In this document: piece after piece, positions 1 through 12,985 of the stretch
Layout of the letters: the number at the start of each line of letters is the position of its first letter
How positions within the stretch are numbered: the first letter of the stretch is position 1
NCBI GenBank assembly: GCA_016748015.1
Contig: JAAOMT010000659.1
Location: 124,001 to 188,000 of the forward strand
DNA: 64,000 nucleotides
DNA from: Geosiphon pyriformis uo1
Taxonomy: Eukaryota; Fungi; Glomeromycota
Reading direction: 5' to 3'
Notes under the pieces: generated by a model
The model's input: only the letters and a program-made list of their open reading frames with translations
Databases searched by the model: none
Told to the model about the DNA's origin: nothing
Program-made: the position numbers and the translations under genes

Positions 1-350
1 TTTATAATAAGAATTTTAATTAGAAAAATAATTCTATTGATTATAAATAAAAAGTTGTTAATTTCTTTAATTAAAGTTTTTTTTATATTATTGGCTATAA
101 TAATAACTGTTTGGACAAATTTATTAATATTTTACTTAAATTGTTATATTAATTAGTAGATAATAATGCTTTTGGCAAATTTACTGTTTAAAATCAATCA
201 AATAGTTTTTCTTTTAATTTCTGTTTTTGTATACATAACAATAATTGCTTTTTGTTTTATAATAACTGTATTATTAAGCAAAAATAATGATTTGTTGGCT
301 TCAAATTCAAATAGAAAAATATCAAAAAGATTGGTATTTTTAGTAATTTT
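1..350 (-). pseudogene. Gypsy A aspartic protease relic
   Basis: The minus frame reads ...AIIVMYTKTEIKRKTI*LILNSKFAKSIIIY*LI*QF...TLIKEINNFLFIIN. This is collinear with the Gypsy B protease; LILDSG has decayed to LILNSK. Confidence 0.75.
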
Positions 351-845
351 TGTAAATAGAATTGTGTGATTAGAAGAGTTTGGTTTTGTTGCTGCAATTT
401 TATTTTTAAAAAGTACAGTTTATTGAAAATTTGATTCTTTTAACATTGTAAAATAACTTAGTTGAGTATAATAATATGTGGGTCTTTGTTAAACTGAATT
501 TTAAAAAATTAATTAGTTGTTAAGATTAAATTTGTTGTTATTTATTATAAATTGGTTTTGTTAAATTAATTTTCAAACAAATATTTTATATTATTAAACA
601 AATAATAATTGTTGATATTATTGTTAAATCAATTATAAAGCAGATTAATAGTAATTGTTCTAATATTAAAATCTTAAAAAGTGATAAACAGATAATAAAA
701 ATTAATAATAGAATTACAATAGTAAAACATAATATTAATTATTTTTGTTTTGTTAATCTTGTTGTAATTTTTTACAGTCTTATTTTCAGTGTTCTGAAAT
801 TTTACAATAATAATAGTTTTAAAATTGGTTGTTAGATAATGATAA

Positions 846-1755
846 TATTACTTATAGAAAAAATACAAGAAAAAAAGTAAAAAAAACAAATAAAAAAATA
901 GACCAATAAGAGAATAGTACTTAGTAAATAAGCACAATATTAAAAAATTATAACATATTACTTAGCAATAGACACATTATTAATGAATTATAACATACTA
1001 TTCAGCAATGAGCACATTGTCAAAAAATTATGACATATTGTTTAGCAAAGAACATATTATCAAAAAAATGCAAAATCTTGTATAACAAGAATTATTTATA
1101 TATAATAAGAATGTTAGAAGCAGAAAAGACAGAATTGATCCAAAAAAATTAGTTAAAACTTATTAATTATTCAATATCTCTTCTTTTAAAAAGTAGTTTT
1201 TTATAACTTAAAGTAGAATTAAACCACATATTAATAAAATATTGATTATTATCTGAATTCATATTATCATTACTTGATTAAAAAATATTAATTAATTCCA
1301 TTCTATTAATACTCTATATTGATACAATTCAATACTTAATCACACTAAACCAATAGCTCTTGATAATACCTATTAATAGGATATTAATTTTTTATTTTTT
1401 TTTATTTTTTTTTATTTTTTTTTATTTAGTTTCTTTGTTGTTTGCTAATTAACTAAAGAGATTAAGTATTAAATAATTTGATGTCAAAAATAGCCTGGTA
1501 AAAAACCTGAAAATAAGAGTAGAAATTTAAAAATAGCTTACCAAAAGGGGATGACTATCAGAATAAACTGGTTATCACACTAAATAAAAAAATTCATGAA
1601 GAAATCATCAATTAAATTTCTGTTCATTATACAAAAAACTCAACCAAAATCTTTAGACTTCAAAAATCTTTAGAAATTACCAATACCAATAGCTATTGAG
1701 CATTCAATTACAGATTTGTTATTTGTTTCAACACTTCAAATAATCATCTGTAACA
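846..1755 (+). mobile_element. Solo LTR, related to the Gypsy B LTR family
   Basis: Termini TATTA(=TGTTA)...TAACA; 4-bp TSD ATAA (842-845)/ATAG (1756-1759). It has a tandem array near the 5' end, a T-rich tract, and the AATAGCCTGGTAAAA and AGCTTACCA motifs shared with the Gypsy B LTRs. Confidence 0.75.
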
Positions 1756-1759
1756 ATAG

Positions 1760-2450
1760 ATAGTTATTTTGATTGTATTATTAAAATAACTGGTATCTTT
1801 ATTGTTGCTGTTATTGTTAATTGATAAAATAATTCTTAATTTTCTTGGTTAATTAGTCAATTTTTTTTTTCTGTTAAGCTGGTTTTTCTAATTGTAAGAT
1901 TAATAAGTTTGGTATAGTTGGTTTTTTTTATAACTATTTTATAGACTTTTGTATATTGAATAGCAGTGGCTAAATTTTTTGAAATATGTGAATAAACTTT
2001 TCTAATGAATTTGTTTTTTAATCTAGTAATAAATTGAATCAAAATTTGAGTATTAGAGTAATAATCATTGGTTTCTAATTGGCAAATTTATTAAAATAGT
2101 TTATTAAAGAAGTTTATTAAACCTTTTAAAATAGATTATAATAAATTTAGAAAATTCTTGTTAAATATTTTAGAACCGATTTTAAAGAGTAATAAAGATA
2201 TTGTTATTAGTAAATTGTTTTAAAAAACATTTTTGAATGCTTGTTAGTTTTTAAAAAAGTTTGTTTAAATTTTTAAACTATTCTTTTACTGTTTTTTAAA
2301 GAATATATAGGATAACTTTTAGTATTCTTATTGCATTTTAACTATTAATATCTTCTGTTTTTGAGATTTTATCAAACTATTTTTGAAAATTAGTGTTAGC
2401 ATTTTGTTTTGTAAATTCAGTAATTTTTGCTATATAAATAATTGCTATTT
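1760..2450 (-). pseudogene. Gypsy A gag (capsid) relic
   Basis: Reads YIAKITEFT...F*KLTSIQKCFLKQF. ORF 1857-2042 (QFITRLKNKFIRKV...NLATAIQ) matches the retrotransposon gag major-homology-like region. Confidence 0.7.
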
Positions 2451-3136
2451 TTTTTATATTCATGTTTTTAGTAGTTTTTTTCTTAGTAAATTCAGAAATG
2501 TTTTTATTATTGCTTGTATTGTCAAAGTAATTACTTTGGTTTTCTGCTATTAAGCAAATTGGTATTAATAAAGATTTGTTTAAGCTGTTATAATAGACTT
2601 TTTGATAATGTAAAGTTTTTTAATCTTAAAAAACAGTTAAATAATGAATTTAGTGCCTAAGCTTAAGCAAATAAAACTGAAAAAGATGTAATTAGAATTA
2701 ATAGTTTAAAACTAGCTTCTTGTTTAGGTGTTTACAAGTGTTGAAAAATTGTTTTTGGTGTATTAAATGTTGTATAAACTAGTAGAGTGTTTTTTATTTT
2801 GTTTTTTCAGTTTGTTTCAAATTCAAACTCAAATTCAAAAACAAATTTTAAGTCAACAAAATATTTTTTTTGCAAAACTTAATAATATTATAATTAAATT
2901 TTTCAAAATAAGTAGTAAAGTTTTTAGCATTAATATTTTTGAAGTTTCTATTTAAGTAATAGATAAGGTTTTCAAAAAACTTTTATTTAAGTTCTGTAAT
3001 ATATATTTTTTTTTATTGCTTTAATAAGTGAAGTCCAAACGTCATCTAATACTATACACCATATAAATAATCTAAACTAGGAGCAAATTATGCGTTTTCT
3101 ACACGTAACCAGCCACTCAAACTAATCAAAACTACA

Positions 3137-6100
3137 CTACACACCTATATGAACAGAAACCAAGTCCCCAATACCCGAGAAAAATGAACATAGATTATAA
3201 AATTTGAAACTTATCTCAAATGCTTTAGCAATATCCAGCAACCTAACCACACCAGCTGAAAATGACATGGATAAACCAGAAATTGAGGTAGGAATAAAAC
3301 CATCACGTAGAATTAGCCCATTCTTGTTCATAAAAGCCTGGTGTTTGGCACAAACCAGCCAAATATTCTCTCTGAATACAAAACAAAACTCACAAATGAA
3401 ATTTACAACTTTTAATGTCACAACCTTAGAATTTTTAAAAACAAAACCAAACTTACAATACCAATCATTGAAAACAAAGCCTTTGTACAAAGCCAGACCA
3501 ACAGCAACATCAGAAACACAGGTGTGCAACAACTGCAAAATGCATGAAAAAAACCAAGATAAATCCAAACAATTCTCTTAAATGGATGCATAAGCATCTA
3601 ACAATTGAGCTCGATTTGTAGCATCAAACAGACAACAAAAAACATGGTCAGAGACCTCAATGTTATCACAGAATAAGCAAACCACACTGGGATAACACCT
3701 ATTATACAAATGTTTGCACACAGCAACCAGAAGCTGATGATAGAGGGTCTTTATAAAGTAAGTATGAAGGCCAGCCATATGCATACTAGTGAAATCAGTA
3801 GCCAAATGAGAATCCATGTGTTACATCATAGAGGACTTTGACCAATTGATATCAACACACAGACTATTTAGCATAACTCAGGAGCCCGATCTAATCTTCC
3901 AGCATACACAATAAACAGACTGGAAAACATTATGAATGAAGTGTCTAGAATTGCCAAAAACTGCAGTACTACCAGCCCTCAAAAATTTCTCACTAATTAA
4001 ATAGGACAGATGCCAGGCAAAGAGAGTAACATCCCTAGCAAGTGCATTAGCACACTCATTGCCCAAGATGCCCGAATGTTCCCTAACTTTAATCCAATTT
4101 ACACTTAAATTTTTTTGATGAATGACATCAGTAATATGACAACACTCAATCCAACACCAATTCCTGAAATCTGGATGAATCAAAAAAAATTCCGATTTGC
4201 ATACATCCAGAGTGACCTAGCTGTTTGAGAATAAATTGACTGTACAAAAAGAAGGAACACACTCAAGAGCCAAAGCAATGGCCTGCAGTTCTATCAGAGT
4301 GGAAGAAACCAGATCAGACATTCTTATGCTCAGATCCGAGTTAATGTCCTGAAAAAAAACTGCAGTATCAGCCTTTATATCAATAGTACTCAAACCACAC
4401 AGAGACCCATCCGTATACACAGAAAGGCAGGCCGCATCAGTGGCCAACAGATTATTACAAACAACACTAAAATCATGAGACTAATGAATATCAGAAACAG
4501 TACCACTATCCATAAGCAAAAAACACCCAGAAAGAAGAACATCACCCCCAAGAAAGTGAACAGAGAGATCAAACCAGAATAGAACTAGGCCACGAGAGTC
4601 CAGCCTCTTCCAACGCTTAAAGGTTTTCCAATCAAAAATGCCACCATTTTGGTCTCGCAGCTGCTCCACAAAAGCAATACCATAATGTTTGAGTGATAAG
4701 ACACACTTGAGAAAATATGGTTCACCAAGAACCATAGACATAGGGGTACCATCCCGAAAGTGAAAGGCACAGGCCAGAGAGTTGCCCAAAGATAAATTAC
4801 ACCCAGAGAAAATATGAACCACACCAGCCAAAAAGTTATTTAAAGAGTTCGCATCAACACATGCTGAAAATAGCAAAGGGTGGCGAGGACACCAATTAAA
4901 AACCTGGAGATCATGAGACTTATGAGAAAACAAACGACCCAAAATATCAATTGAGTTTGCAAAATCAATAACAGTTGCTGATTTATTCTCAGCTTGGATT
5001 TGTTCAAAAGTTTTTAAATTGTACAACAAAGGATAATAAAGCACATCATTGGGAAAATCAGATGGCAGTCTCAACTTTGACTTTAGGCCTTTGTGTATTA
5101 AGACATCCCATTTATTACACACACTAATAGAAATGAAACTAAACTGGGTCTTGTAGCTGATGATAGGAAACAGAACTGCAGACATCAAATATGTGAATTG
5201 TTTATCCGAAATCACTTTTCTCAAAACAAAATTCACAAAAAACCAAACATCTGAATAAGCCTTGGCCAAGCTAGGCTTAGACAAACTCTCAGTTGACAAG
5301 AAGATACTCAGATAATGATGAGATTCCTTCTTCTTCACGATTGAAATAGGCAATCCACTGATAGTAAGATGGGGATTTGTAATCTGACAATTGATAGGAA
5401 TAGCCACTGTTTTGTCATTATTTATAGAAATATCATTAAACCTGAAAAATTCATTAGCAACATCAAGAATGTGTTAAGTAGTGGCTTGGCTATTACCAAT
5501 CCATATTGTATTATCGACAAAAGCACCAGCAGCAAGAAATAAAATCAACCCAGCCTGAGAGTCTATTCAGCCAGTTTTAGAAACAAAATGGAAATTCAAC
5601 CTGTAACCACAAACATTCTCCTGTTTCTTGACTTCACACAAGAGTGAATTGTAAAATATGTGCCAAAGAAGAGACAAGAAGACTTCTCCTTGGTCCAACT
5701 CATCATGAACATAATACCCATCAATCAATCCGAAGTTTGTTATTACCCTATTGACATGACTATTGTAAATGCTATTAAAGAATCTTATAAACCTGTCACA
5801 CATCTTGATCCTGACCAGACTTCTCCTAAGATGTTCCCAACCAACCGAGTCATAAGCCTTATGCATGTCTTATAAAACCAGCCAAAGTTCCCTGTTCTTT
5901 TCTAGAGCATCCTTAACAACAAAACCAATGGCAAAAATAGGAGATTGTGTTGTTGTGCCTTTTAAAACCAAGAAGTTGTCCCCATGGAGAACATTAAAAG
6001 TGCTGCAAACTGAAGATATCCTGTCTAAAAGAATCTTAGAAAGAATTTTGCAGGCTGTTTCAATCAGAGCAATTGGATGGGTATTCATGAGAACACTCTC

Positions 6101-7824
6101 CCATTCATATGGCTTAGGTATTATTGAAACTCATGCATCCCTTCAAAGTCCAGGAACTGACTCACTAACTAAGTAAGAGTTCAAAAACACCAGAAGCATA
6201 TCTAAAACTGATTTGTCACAATGTTTCTACAATTTATTAGAAATACCAGAAAGACCAGTTGTCTTCTCATCAGAAAGATTTTTAACAACAGCAGACATCT
6301 CATCAAGACTAATCAAACACATAACACCTAAGAAAGCACCATTAAACACATAATCCAGAGGCTAAAATTGGCAAACCCAATTAGTGAAGAGATCAGATAC
6401 CATTCTATGTTTCCTGGTCTATTTCTTTATGATTTCATTTACCTTAAATTTAATCAGATTAGGCTCCAAAATCAATTCATTTCCTACAACCAGATGATCC
6501 AAAACAACCTTATGAAAAGGATGCTCCAACACACTCTTGATAATATAATCTTTGTCTAATTCAAAACTCTCTATCCTCCTAGCAATAACCTGCTTGATAT
6601 AAAACTCCTTAGCATGCTTGGATTCCAACAACTTGGCAGTACAGTATAATTTTCTTGCCTTGGCAAGCACAGAACAAATAAGATTAAAATTAGAACCTGA
6701 AAAAAAAAGAGACTTCACCACTAATGCACCAGTGGAATTGAACTTGTCTCACATTTTTAGCAATACAACAAAATTGCAACAAAAAACTAAACACAAGGCC
6801 TTGATCAGCTTGGAAACCAGCAACTCCAACTTATGAAACCTGGAAGACTTCTTGGTGAAATATTATCAAAATCCTTGAACCATTTCTTCTTAAATACACT
6901 ACCAGCCAAGAGAACCATGATCTTGCAAATAATGTCCCACATAGTGTCCAGATCCGAGAATCTCACAGTGAAACCAAATGCATCTGAAAACATAACAGCA
7001 TTAACAGCTGTATTATTCCTGAACTCAAACCACTTTACTTTATTGGCATTTCTGATGTCAAACTTCCAATGATTTCTATTTGCTTGTTTGCGAAGAGACA
7101 CCAACTGCATATCCAAAAGACCACCAAGACCCACAGACATGAAAACAGCATTGTGATCCATGTCAAAATGCTCACCAATCCCCAAAACCTCCTGATGCAC
7201 AATCACATTAACCAGAATTGGAGAAACAAACACAAAGTCAATTGTTTTCATGACATTCCTAGAGTTTGCCCAAATAGGCTCCTTAACAGCCAGGCTATTG
7301 ACCAAAGAGTTAACCAGTCTCAAATCAACACATTTATTGAAACTTGTACTTTTATGAGATCTATCCTCATTGAAGTCACCACCAAAGATGATAAAAGAAG
7401 ATTCATTGACAACCTTTACAATAAGAGAGTTGATGCTGCCAGCCTGAAAAAACTGAGCTACCAAAGAGGCACCAACGTAAAGCCCTAAAATTGATACCAA
7501 AAGTTTATTTTTAAAGAGCAGCTTGATAAACAGGAGCCAACCAGACACTTCTGAAATTTTGCTTACATGTCTCGCCAACAAAAAATTCATTACAATTACA
7601 ACACTAGCACCCAGATAACCAGATTCTAAACCTGAGGTAAACACCCACACACCATCAAATTTGTTGACAATCCAAGGGCAAACCTTCTCTTTTAGCTTCA
7701 ATTCCATAAAAATAGAAATTACATTGTCTATTTCCTTATGCCAATGAATGATATTATTCTGTTTTGCAGGATTGTTTATTCCTCTAACATTACAAGTCGC
7801 AATTTTCCAGATCATATCACTCAT
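3137..7824 (-). pseudogene. LINE-a ORF2: AP endonuclease, reverse transcriptase, RNase H, C-terminal CCHC finger
   Basis: APE motifs WKIATCNVRG, GGDFNE, IDFVF, DHNAV. RT motifs HPIALI, KAYDSV, QGEV, and AFVDN (decayed FVDD, about 5513-5524). RNase H motifs YTDGS, ELQAI, KVREHSGILGNECAN. Zinc finger CLFC...HVFCC. Many stops and frameshifts. Confidence 0.92.
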
Positions 7825-9612
7825 TAAGAAAGAAGAGAAATAGAAACTGAATCAGTATTGTCCATCTTAGCCAAAAGACTCATAACTGTAACTGAAAAAT
7901 TGTTCAATGTTTTTTCCATTTTTAAGATAACAGCAGGATCAAATACCACCACTTCTGCAGTAGTCTCACCACCAGTGGCCATATCCAAACCCTCATTTAT
8001 CACTATATCTGCCTCTTGATTCTGTCATGAAGAGGTCACAAATGGCTAACGTCCAGGACTAAGCTGGGAAATTATTGGCTCAGGTGTTCTCAACCTCTTA
8101 ACCAGTATGTCAACACACTTTGTAAGGCTGGCAAAACTGTGCTCAAGTGCGGCAAACCTATTATCTAATCCCAAAGACACTTGTGGAGTAGGCTTCATCT
8201 CCAAAGAAGAGCCATTTTTTGAAGAAATATTTTAACCAGAGAGAGGGGGGAAAGAAGACCTACTGACAACACTAGCCCATAAAGCATCATCAAAAGCAAC
8301 TGGTCGAGTGACAAAAGCTGAACATTTGGCATAAATAGTTGCCAGTCTACTTTTATCAGAGTCTGAAAGCATCTGATGTGACAGCCTACCAGAAAACAAT
8401 TTTCTACCAATACCACAGTCCAAAAAAGTATGACCCAATCTTTCACACTTTGCACATGTAGCAAAACCAAGATAGGACCAACAAAGATGAGCACCTCTTA
8501 ATATGAGTGTAGTTTTCATGACAGCATCCAATGATTTGGCTGATTCAAAACAAACAATAGCACATCTGGCCTGAGCATATATAACCAGATAATAATTAAT
8601 CACACATGTTTTTCTACCTACAGAACCAATAAAGTCCCAGATGTCATGAGCATTTGTTTCCACAGGTAAAGTATAGAGCAATGCTCTATGAAAATCTCTT
8701 TTATCTCATGTAATCTTGTTCAAATCTGATTTAGCAATGTGTACCGCATCCTTCCCAATTAGGATAGACCATCTATTTGCCAAAAAATCAGCCTGAGATT
8801 GTTCTTTAAACTCAATAATTGCTTTTTGCCACAGTCCCACCAATTGCATTTTGATCAACTTAATTACACCAAATTCAGATAGTGCAGTGCACACAGCCTC
8901 AGCTGAAGTTCCAACAGGAATTTTCTTTAGTGCCACAGCTTAATCAGAATGCCCAAATGATTTTTTGAGATCAGTGTTCACCAAGATCTTCACATTAGTA
9001 ACCAACTTAGTAGCTTTTATTAAACTCAATTCAAAAGTAAATGTCACTCTGACAATTCCAGCAAATTTTGAGGGAGTAGAGACCCCCCCAAAACCATTGA
9101 TTCTTAAAAACAAATTTTTGACCACTTGAAGCTTTTCACAAGAGAATTTCCTAACCATCTTGTCCAACCCAATATCTAAAGCAAAAGATTTCTGAACAGA
9201 AACGTTGACCAAATTCTTCACAGGTGGTGGAAGCACCAGAGAGGCATCCAAAAGAACATTATTATCATCACTGCTTGGTAAGAAGTCAATTTTTCTCAAT
9301 GGTTTACCCAATGCCTTCTTGGTTTTGACTTTTGAGCCCATAGGTGTCTGATTATGATCTCCTCCAGCAAGAACACTACCTTCACTATAATTGAAACTGG
9401 TTTCCTCAACCAGACACTTCTCCTCCATATCAATACTCTTAGATTCAGTGATGTCACCAGTCTCTGAACCTCATGAGCAATTACTTTGGACTTTAAGACC
9501 AACATTTTTACCACCAGAACCATCTTCTAAAATGCTGCTTCTCCTTTTTTTTCCTTGGAAGAACAGATCTAAAACTATCACTAAAACCAAAAACTTTGGC
9601 AGCCTTTTTCAT
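7821..9612 (-). pseudogene. LINE-a ORF1 (RRM-like region, CCHC zinc knuckle, C-terminal coiled segment)
   Basis: ORF fragments between 8232 and 9428 include CAKCERLGHTFLDC (CX2CX4HX4C) and an RRM-like segment (KKIPVGTSAEAV...FG.I..IKMQL). The start position is approximate. Confidence 0.8.
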
Positions 9613-9967
9613 GACAGTAATACTACAGCCAACAGTGGCCTTGTAGTCAAGAATAAAGGGTTTAGATTTATCATACTCAATTGTAAAAAACTTCTTTTAA
9701 AAAACTTTTGACTTTTTTTTTTAGGAATTTGGAACAAAGAAGAGAAAGAAGTTTTTTGTTATTTTTTATTCTGTAATATTGTAGTTTCTAAAAAGATAAT
9801 TGTTAATTTAATTTTTAATATACTGAAAAAATGTTTTTTTAAAAGCTGTAATTTTGTTTCGAATTTCAAATTGTTGTTTACAGTGAATGTAAATTAACTA
9901 ATAATACTCTAAAGTTGTAATGTTTAATATAATTACTATTTTAAAGTTATTATTTCTGTATTAATAT

Positions 9968-9981
9968 ATGAGAAAGCACCA
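9968..9981 (-). promoter_or_regulatory. Primer binding site of Gypsy A
   Basis: The minus strand reads TGGTGCTTTCTCAT, 2 nt after the LTR end. It has the same TGGTGCT start as the Gypsy B PBS. Confidence 0.7.
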
Positions 9982-9983
9982 AA

Positions 9984-10508
9984 TATTACTAGAAATTTTT
10001 GGTCTTTTTTTTTTGAATATTGTTGATGTTATTGTTTTATTAATTTATAATTGTTAAAAGTAATTAAATCTCTAATAACTGAATTTATTTTCAAATTATT
10101 TTTTATAATTTAAACTACTGGACTTATAAATAAGATAGCTAATTCTATGTTAATTATTTATATAGTTACTTTGCAATAAAAGTCAACTTTTTTTTAGAAA
10201 TTTATTGTCTAAAATATGTAGTTATTTTGTTAAAAAAGTCAACTTTTCTATAAAAATTTCATCTGTAAGCTATCTTAATATATATAATAAGAAAAAAATA
10301 AAAATAAAAATAAAAAAAATATAAAGAAAAATAAATTTTGTTAAAGAAAACGTTTTTTCAGTTGAGGCCTAGAATTATTAATAAATTATTGAAATTAATA
10401 ACTAATTAATTTCAAAATATTAATTAGAATTTAGAGAATTTTAAGCAAAATACTTCTAAATTTTATTGTTTTTAATATAGTTTTTATTAGAATGATTTAT
10501 ATAAATAT
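9984..10508 (-). repeat. Gypsy A 5' LTR, 3' half (split by LINE-b)
   Basis: Collinear with 38028-~38510 of the intact solo LTR; adjacent to the PBS. Confidence 0.75.
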
Positions 10509-12985
10509 TTTTTTTTTATTAGAAGTTTTACAAATGCAGCCCAACTACTACCTAAATACATAAAATCAAAACAGAATCTAAATTAAGCATAGCTCATGCT
10601 TTTTTTACATATGATCAGCCATTTGGGCCAATTAAGACAGCACTACATACTTAAACTACTTACTACAAAAATATCACTTAAGAAACCAAAATTTCATTTG
10701 GTCAAACATAAATGCAACCTAAAGCACATATGAATACTTAGCCTAAAACTGAAATCCCAGATCGTTCTAATAAACCACAAAGAAGACAAACCAGACACCA
10801 AAAAAAAAAAAAACTATTATGTGGCAGAAAATTATGCTTTTTATAATAGGATCTTAACTTAGCTGTAAACAGCCAAATGGCAGATCTGTAACTTTCAGCA
10901 AAATGATAAACGAAATTGACAACCAACACATTTTCTTCAGAACCAGCATCCAAACAGCTTACTGTATTAGCCACCTAACTCTTTAACACAAAACCCTTAG
11001 CCAGTGCCATAAACAAGTTGGTAAAAAAAACAGCTTTATTTAATGAACTAGTGATCACATTCCTATTGGCAAAAGCATTCAGCAATACAACTCATTTCAG
11101 AATAGCATCAAACAATAAGAATTTCTGAACATTAATATTATGAGCATAAGAAAACATGTAATCAGAGTTCTTTACCAAATTACACCAAATACAAGCAATA
11201 CTCAGATATTTTGGATTATATATTTTCTTTCTTTTGGTCACATGTAAGCAATAGTGGAACACCTTTATGAAGTATAATTGAAGTGCCACCAACACAGTAC
11301 AAGTGTAGCCAGATCTGATCTTGTCATCAGAGTGCCAAACACAAAAGATTTTGGCCTTATTAAAATAACTACAGAAATCTACACTAATGATGTCATTAAC
11401 ACATCTGGTCTTCCAACCAACAGAGTAAACAGCATTGAATAATTTTTTGGCAACATAATAAGCATTTCCAAAGACAAGTTTGCCTTCAATATTGAGAAAA
11501 TAATAAGGCACCATAAAAGGCAGAAAGGACTTAGAGATGACAAGAGCATCAGCATAGAAATTAGCATGATTGTTTCCAATAACACTAGAATGATCTTTAA
11601 TTTTATTCCAAGTAACCAACAAATTTTTTTGGAAATAACTCAGTGAATATGTTTTTTTTTGATCCAGCATTTGTCATAAAAATCAGGACCAGACATACTA
11701 CTGATGGAGTTGTATATGTCCAGCAAAGCTTGGCTGTCTGTAAACAAGTTAACAAATTGAGAAACGGACACATACTCCAAAGCAAAAACAATAATTTGCA
11801 GCTTCACCAGAGTTAATAACAGCAACTTATCTACTTTAATCCCAACACTAGTGTTCACATCCAGAAAGTAGACAGTAGCACCACTACAAACACCCAATAA
11901 ACCCAAATTTTTGATGAAACCATTTATGTAGATGGTTATAAAATCTAACCCAAAATTCAGTAAATGCTTACCAATGTAGCCAAAGTCACAAGGAAAGCCA
12001 GTGGAAATGAAATAAGGAAACAACAACACATTATTTGACAAACCACTTTTATTGATAAATTTGGCCATAGAAACAAACCAGACAGAGACTGAGTCTCTAG
12101 GGTCTAGCTTCTTCTACTTGCAAAAAGTGTTTTATGTAAAACATGTGCTGTGGCAGTCTAAAAGCTGGTCTGTAAACACAACACCATATTTTTTAAAAGA
12201 CTTTACCATGTCCAAATAAGACTTAGAACCGAGCACATTCAAAACTACAATACTATTTTTGGCCCAAAAAATATTAGGCAGATCACTGCCTAAAGATAAA
12301 TTGCATAATTTGAGAGCACATGTTACACCAGCCAAAAAACAATTCTTAAAATCAATTAGCAACTTAATCAAAACTCAAAGAAAGTGCTGGGACATTCAGC
12401 TAGTAGCCTGCAACTCTATGGCTCTGTATTTGAACAACTCGCTAAGGATTCTATTAGCATTGGTGAAATTAACCAAGCCAGCCAACAAATTTTCAGCCAG
12501 CACTTGCTTAAAAGTCCTTAAACCATATAGCTCCAGATAATACAAAGCTTCATTTGAAAAATTCTTGGGCAAATTGGTCTTAAGCTTTAATCTTTTTCTT
12601 AATATTTTGTTCTACTTTTTACATACACTTTTTAAAACACAACTGAATTGCAGTCTATAACCAATTATGGACTACAAAATAGCAGAAACCAAATATAAAA
12701 ACTGCTTCTTAGTGATGACTTTCTTCAAAACCACATTTGAAAAGAATCTGATATCTGAATAAGCTTTGGCCAAACTTGGCTTAGACAGGCCATTCATAGA
12801 AAAAAAAATATCTAGATACTAATGAAACTCACACTTTTTGGCTATTAGAGATATTAAAGCCACTAATAGGCAACCTCTCTGGCCCCTTGATTAATAAGAA
12901 TGATGACTATTTTGTCTATATTAATAGAAATATTATTGATTAAAAAAAATTCACTTGTAATATTTAAAATGCATTATGTGGTTGC

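Larger units (their letters stand above)
3003..9768 (-). mobile_element. Full-length non-LTR retrotransposon (LINE-a; L1-like APE-RT-RNase H-CCHC), inactivated
   Basis: 11-bp TSD TTCTGTAATAT at 2992-3002 and 9769-9779; poly(A) tail seen as a T run at about 3006-3014; ORF1 plus ORF2; length 6766 bp. Confidence 0.92.

Noticed and set aside
3204-9711. Plus-strand ORFs over LINE-a (and similar ones over LINE-b)
   Set aside because: They are antisense shadows of LINE coding sequence with no motifs.
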